From contig NIVC01000040.1 of the NCBI GenBank assembly GCA_002269645.1, positions 682,001-746,000 of the forward strand: 64,000 bases of DNA. Direction: 5' to 3'. Of the stretch, positions 63,700 through 64,000 are shown piece by piece. Positions within the stretch are counted from its first letter, which is position 1. Each line of letters starts with the position of its first letter. The position numbers were made by a program, and so were the translations under genes. The notes under the pieces are model-generated. The model saw only the letters and a program-made list of their open reading frames with translations, did no database searches and was not told where the DNA came from. The DNA comes from Macrostomum lignano (Eukaryota).

Positions 63700-64000
63700 C
63701 TTCTCTGTGCGGAACGTGATCCTTTGAGCTGAACGTTGAGGCTTTTTTTGAACAGTTTTTCAACTTTCTTCTTAAACTCAATAGAGCATAGGCCAAAAAA
63801 CGGCAACACAATGGCAGGGCTGTTAGTTTCTCTAGCATTATCCTCTTGAGTGCTCTGTTGATTAGTCAGCTTGTTATTTAAAAACTGGTTCGCAATGCGA
63901 GACACATAGTTCCTGGGGTAACCATTCCCAACGAGATGGCCAGTAAGCTGTTCCACCTCATCATGAAACAGTTTCCAGGAGCTACAGATCAGAAAAGCTC

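Larger units (their letters stand above)
62440..64000 (-). mobile_element. Penelope-like retroelement, 3' part (RT C-terminus/linker + GIY-YIG endonuclease + terminal repeat region)
   Basis: 63710-64000: LVGNGYPRNYV..IVLPFFG..KKVEKLFKK; 63013-62640: VVYKFHC..SYIGKTKRHLYTRVKEH..ILEAMYIKDQNPSLNCQL (GIY-YIG of the PLE type). Removing the RTE insert joins them as ITFRTEKVSQY. Confidence 0.9.

Overview
This is eukaryotic (metazoan) genomic DNA, not prokaryotic: GC-rich spliced exons with GT-AG introns, AT-rich intergenic DNA and about 30 tandem-repeat arrays. The style (minisatellite-filled introns, CAG-rich exons) suggests the flatworm Macrostomum lignano, but that is inference only. Host genes reconstructed by hand with phase-consistent splice sites: the 5' part of an insulin-receptor-like RTK (minus, runs off the left edge); MePCE/Bin3 7SK capping methyltransferase plus an apparently identical 1,935-bp tandem partial copy; a secreted PAN/apple + fibrinogen-domain protein; a degenerate two-domain cNMP-binding protein with an in-frame TGA; WASH1 (minus); and a 7-exon TFCP2/UBP1 (CP2/LSF) transcription factor (minus). 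Mobile DNA: a complete 4.57-kb hAT transposon (16-bp TIRs, 8-bp TSD) with a nested mariner remnant, three hAT MITEs, a long-TIR Tc1-like relic, tRNA-derived SINEs, an RTE fossil, a FLYWCH-MULE transposase apparently fused to a C-terminal RING finger, and a Penelope-like element that is split by an RTE insertion and ends in a minimal hammerhead ribozyme. Most long ORFs in the supplied track are translations of tandem repeats. Almost all frameshifts, including two in the conserved WASH1 gene, fall in homopolymer runs, so many may be sequencing errors. The most interesting items are the MULE-RING fusion and its adjacent antisense hairpin arm, the hammerhead ribozyme, the in-frame UGA gene and the MePCE duplication. 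No CRISPR array, rRNA or intact tRNA gene was found. All coordinates and alignments were read by eye; no database search was run.
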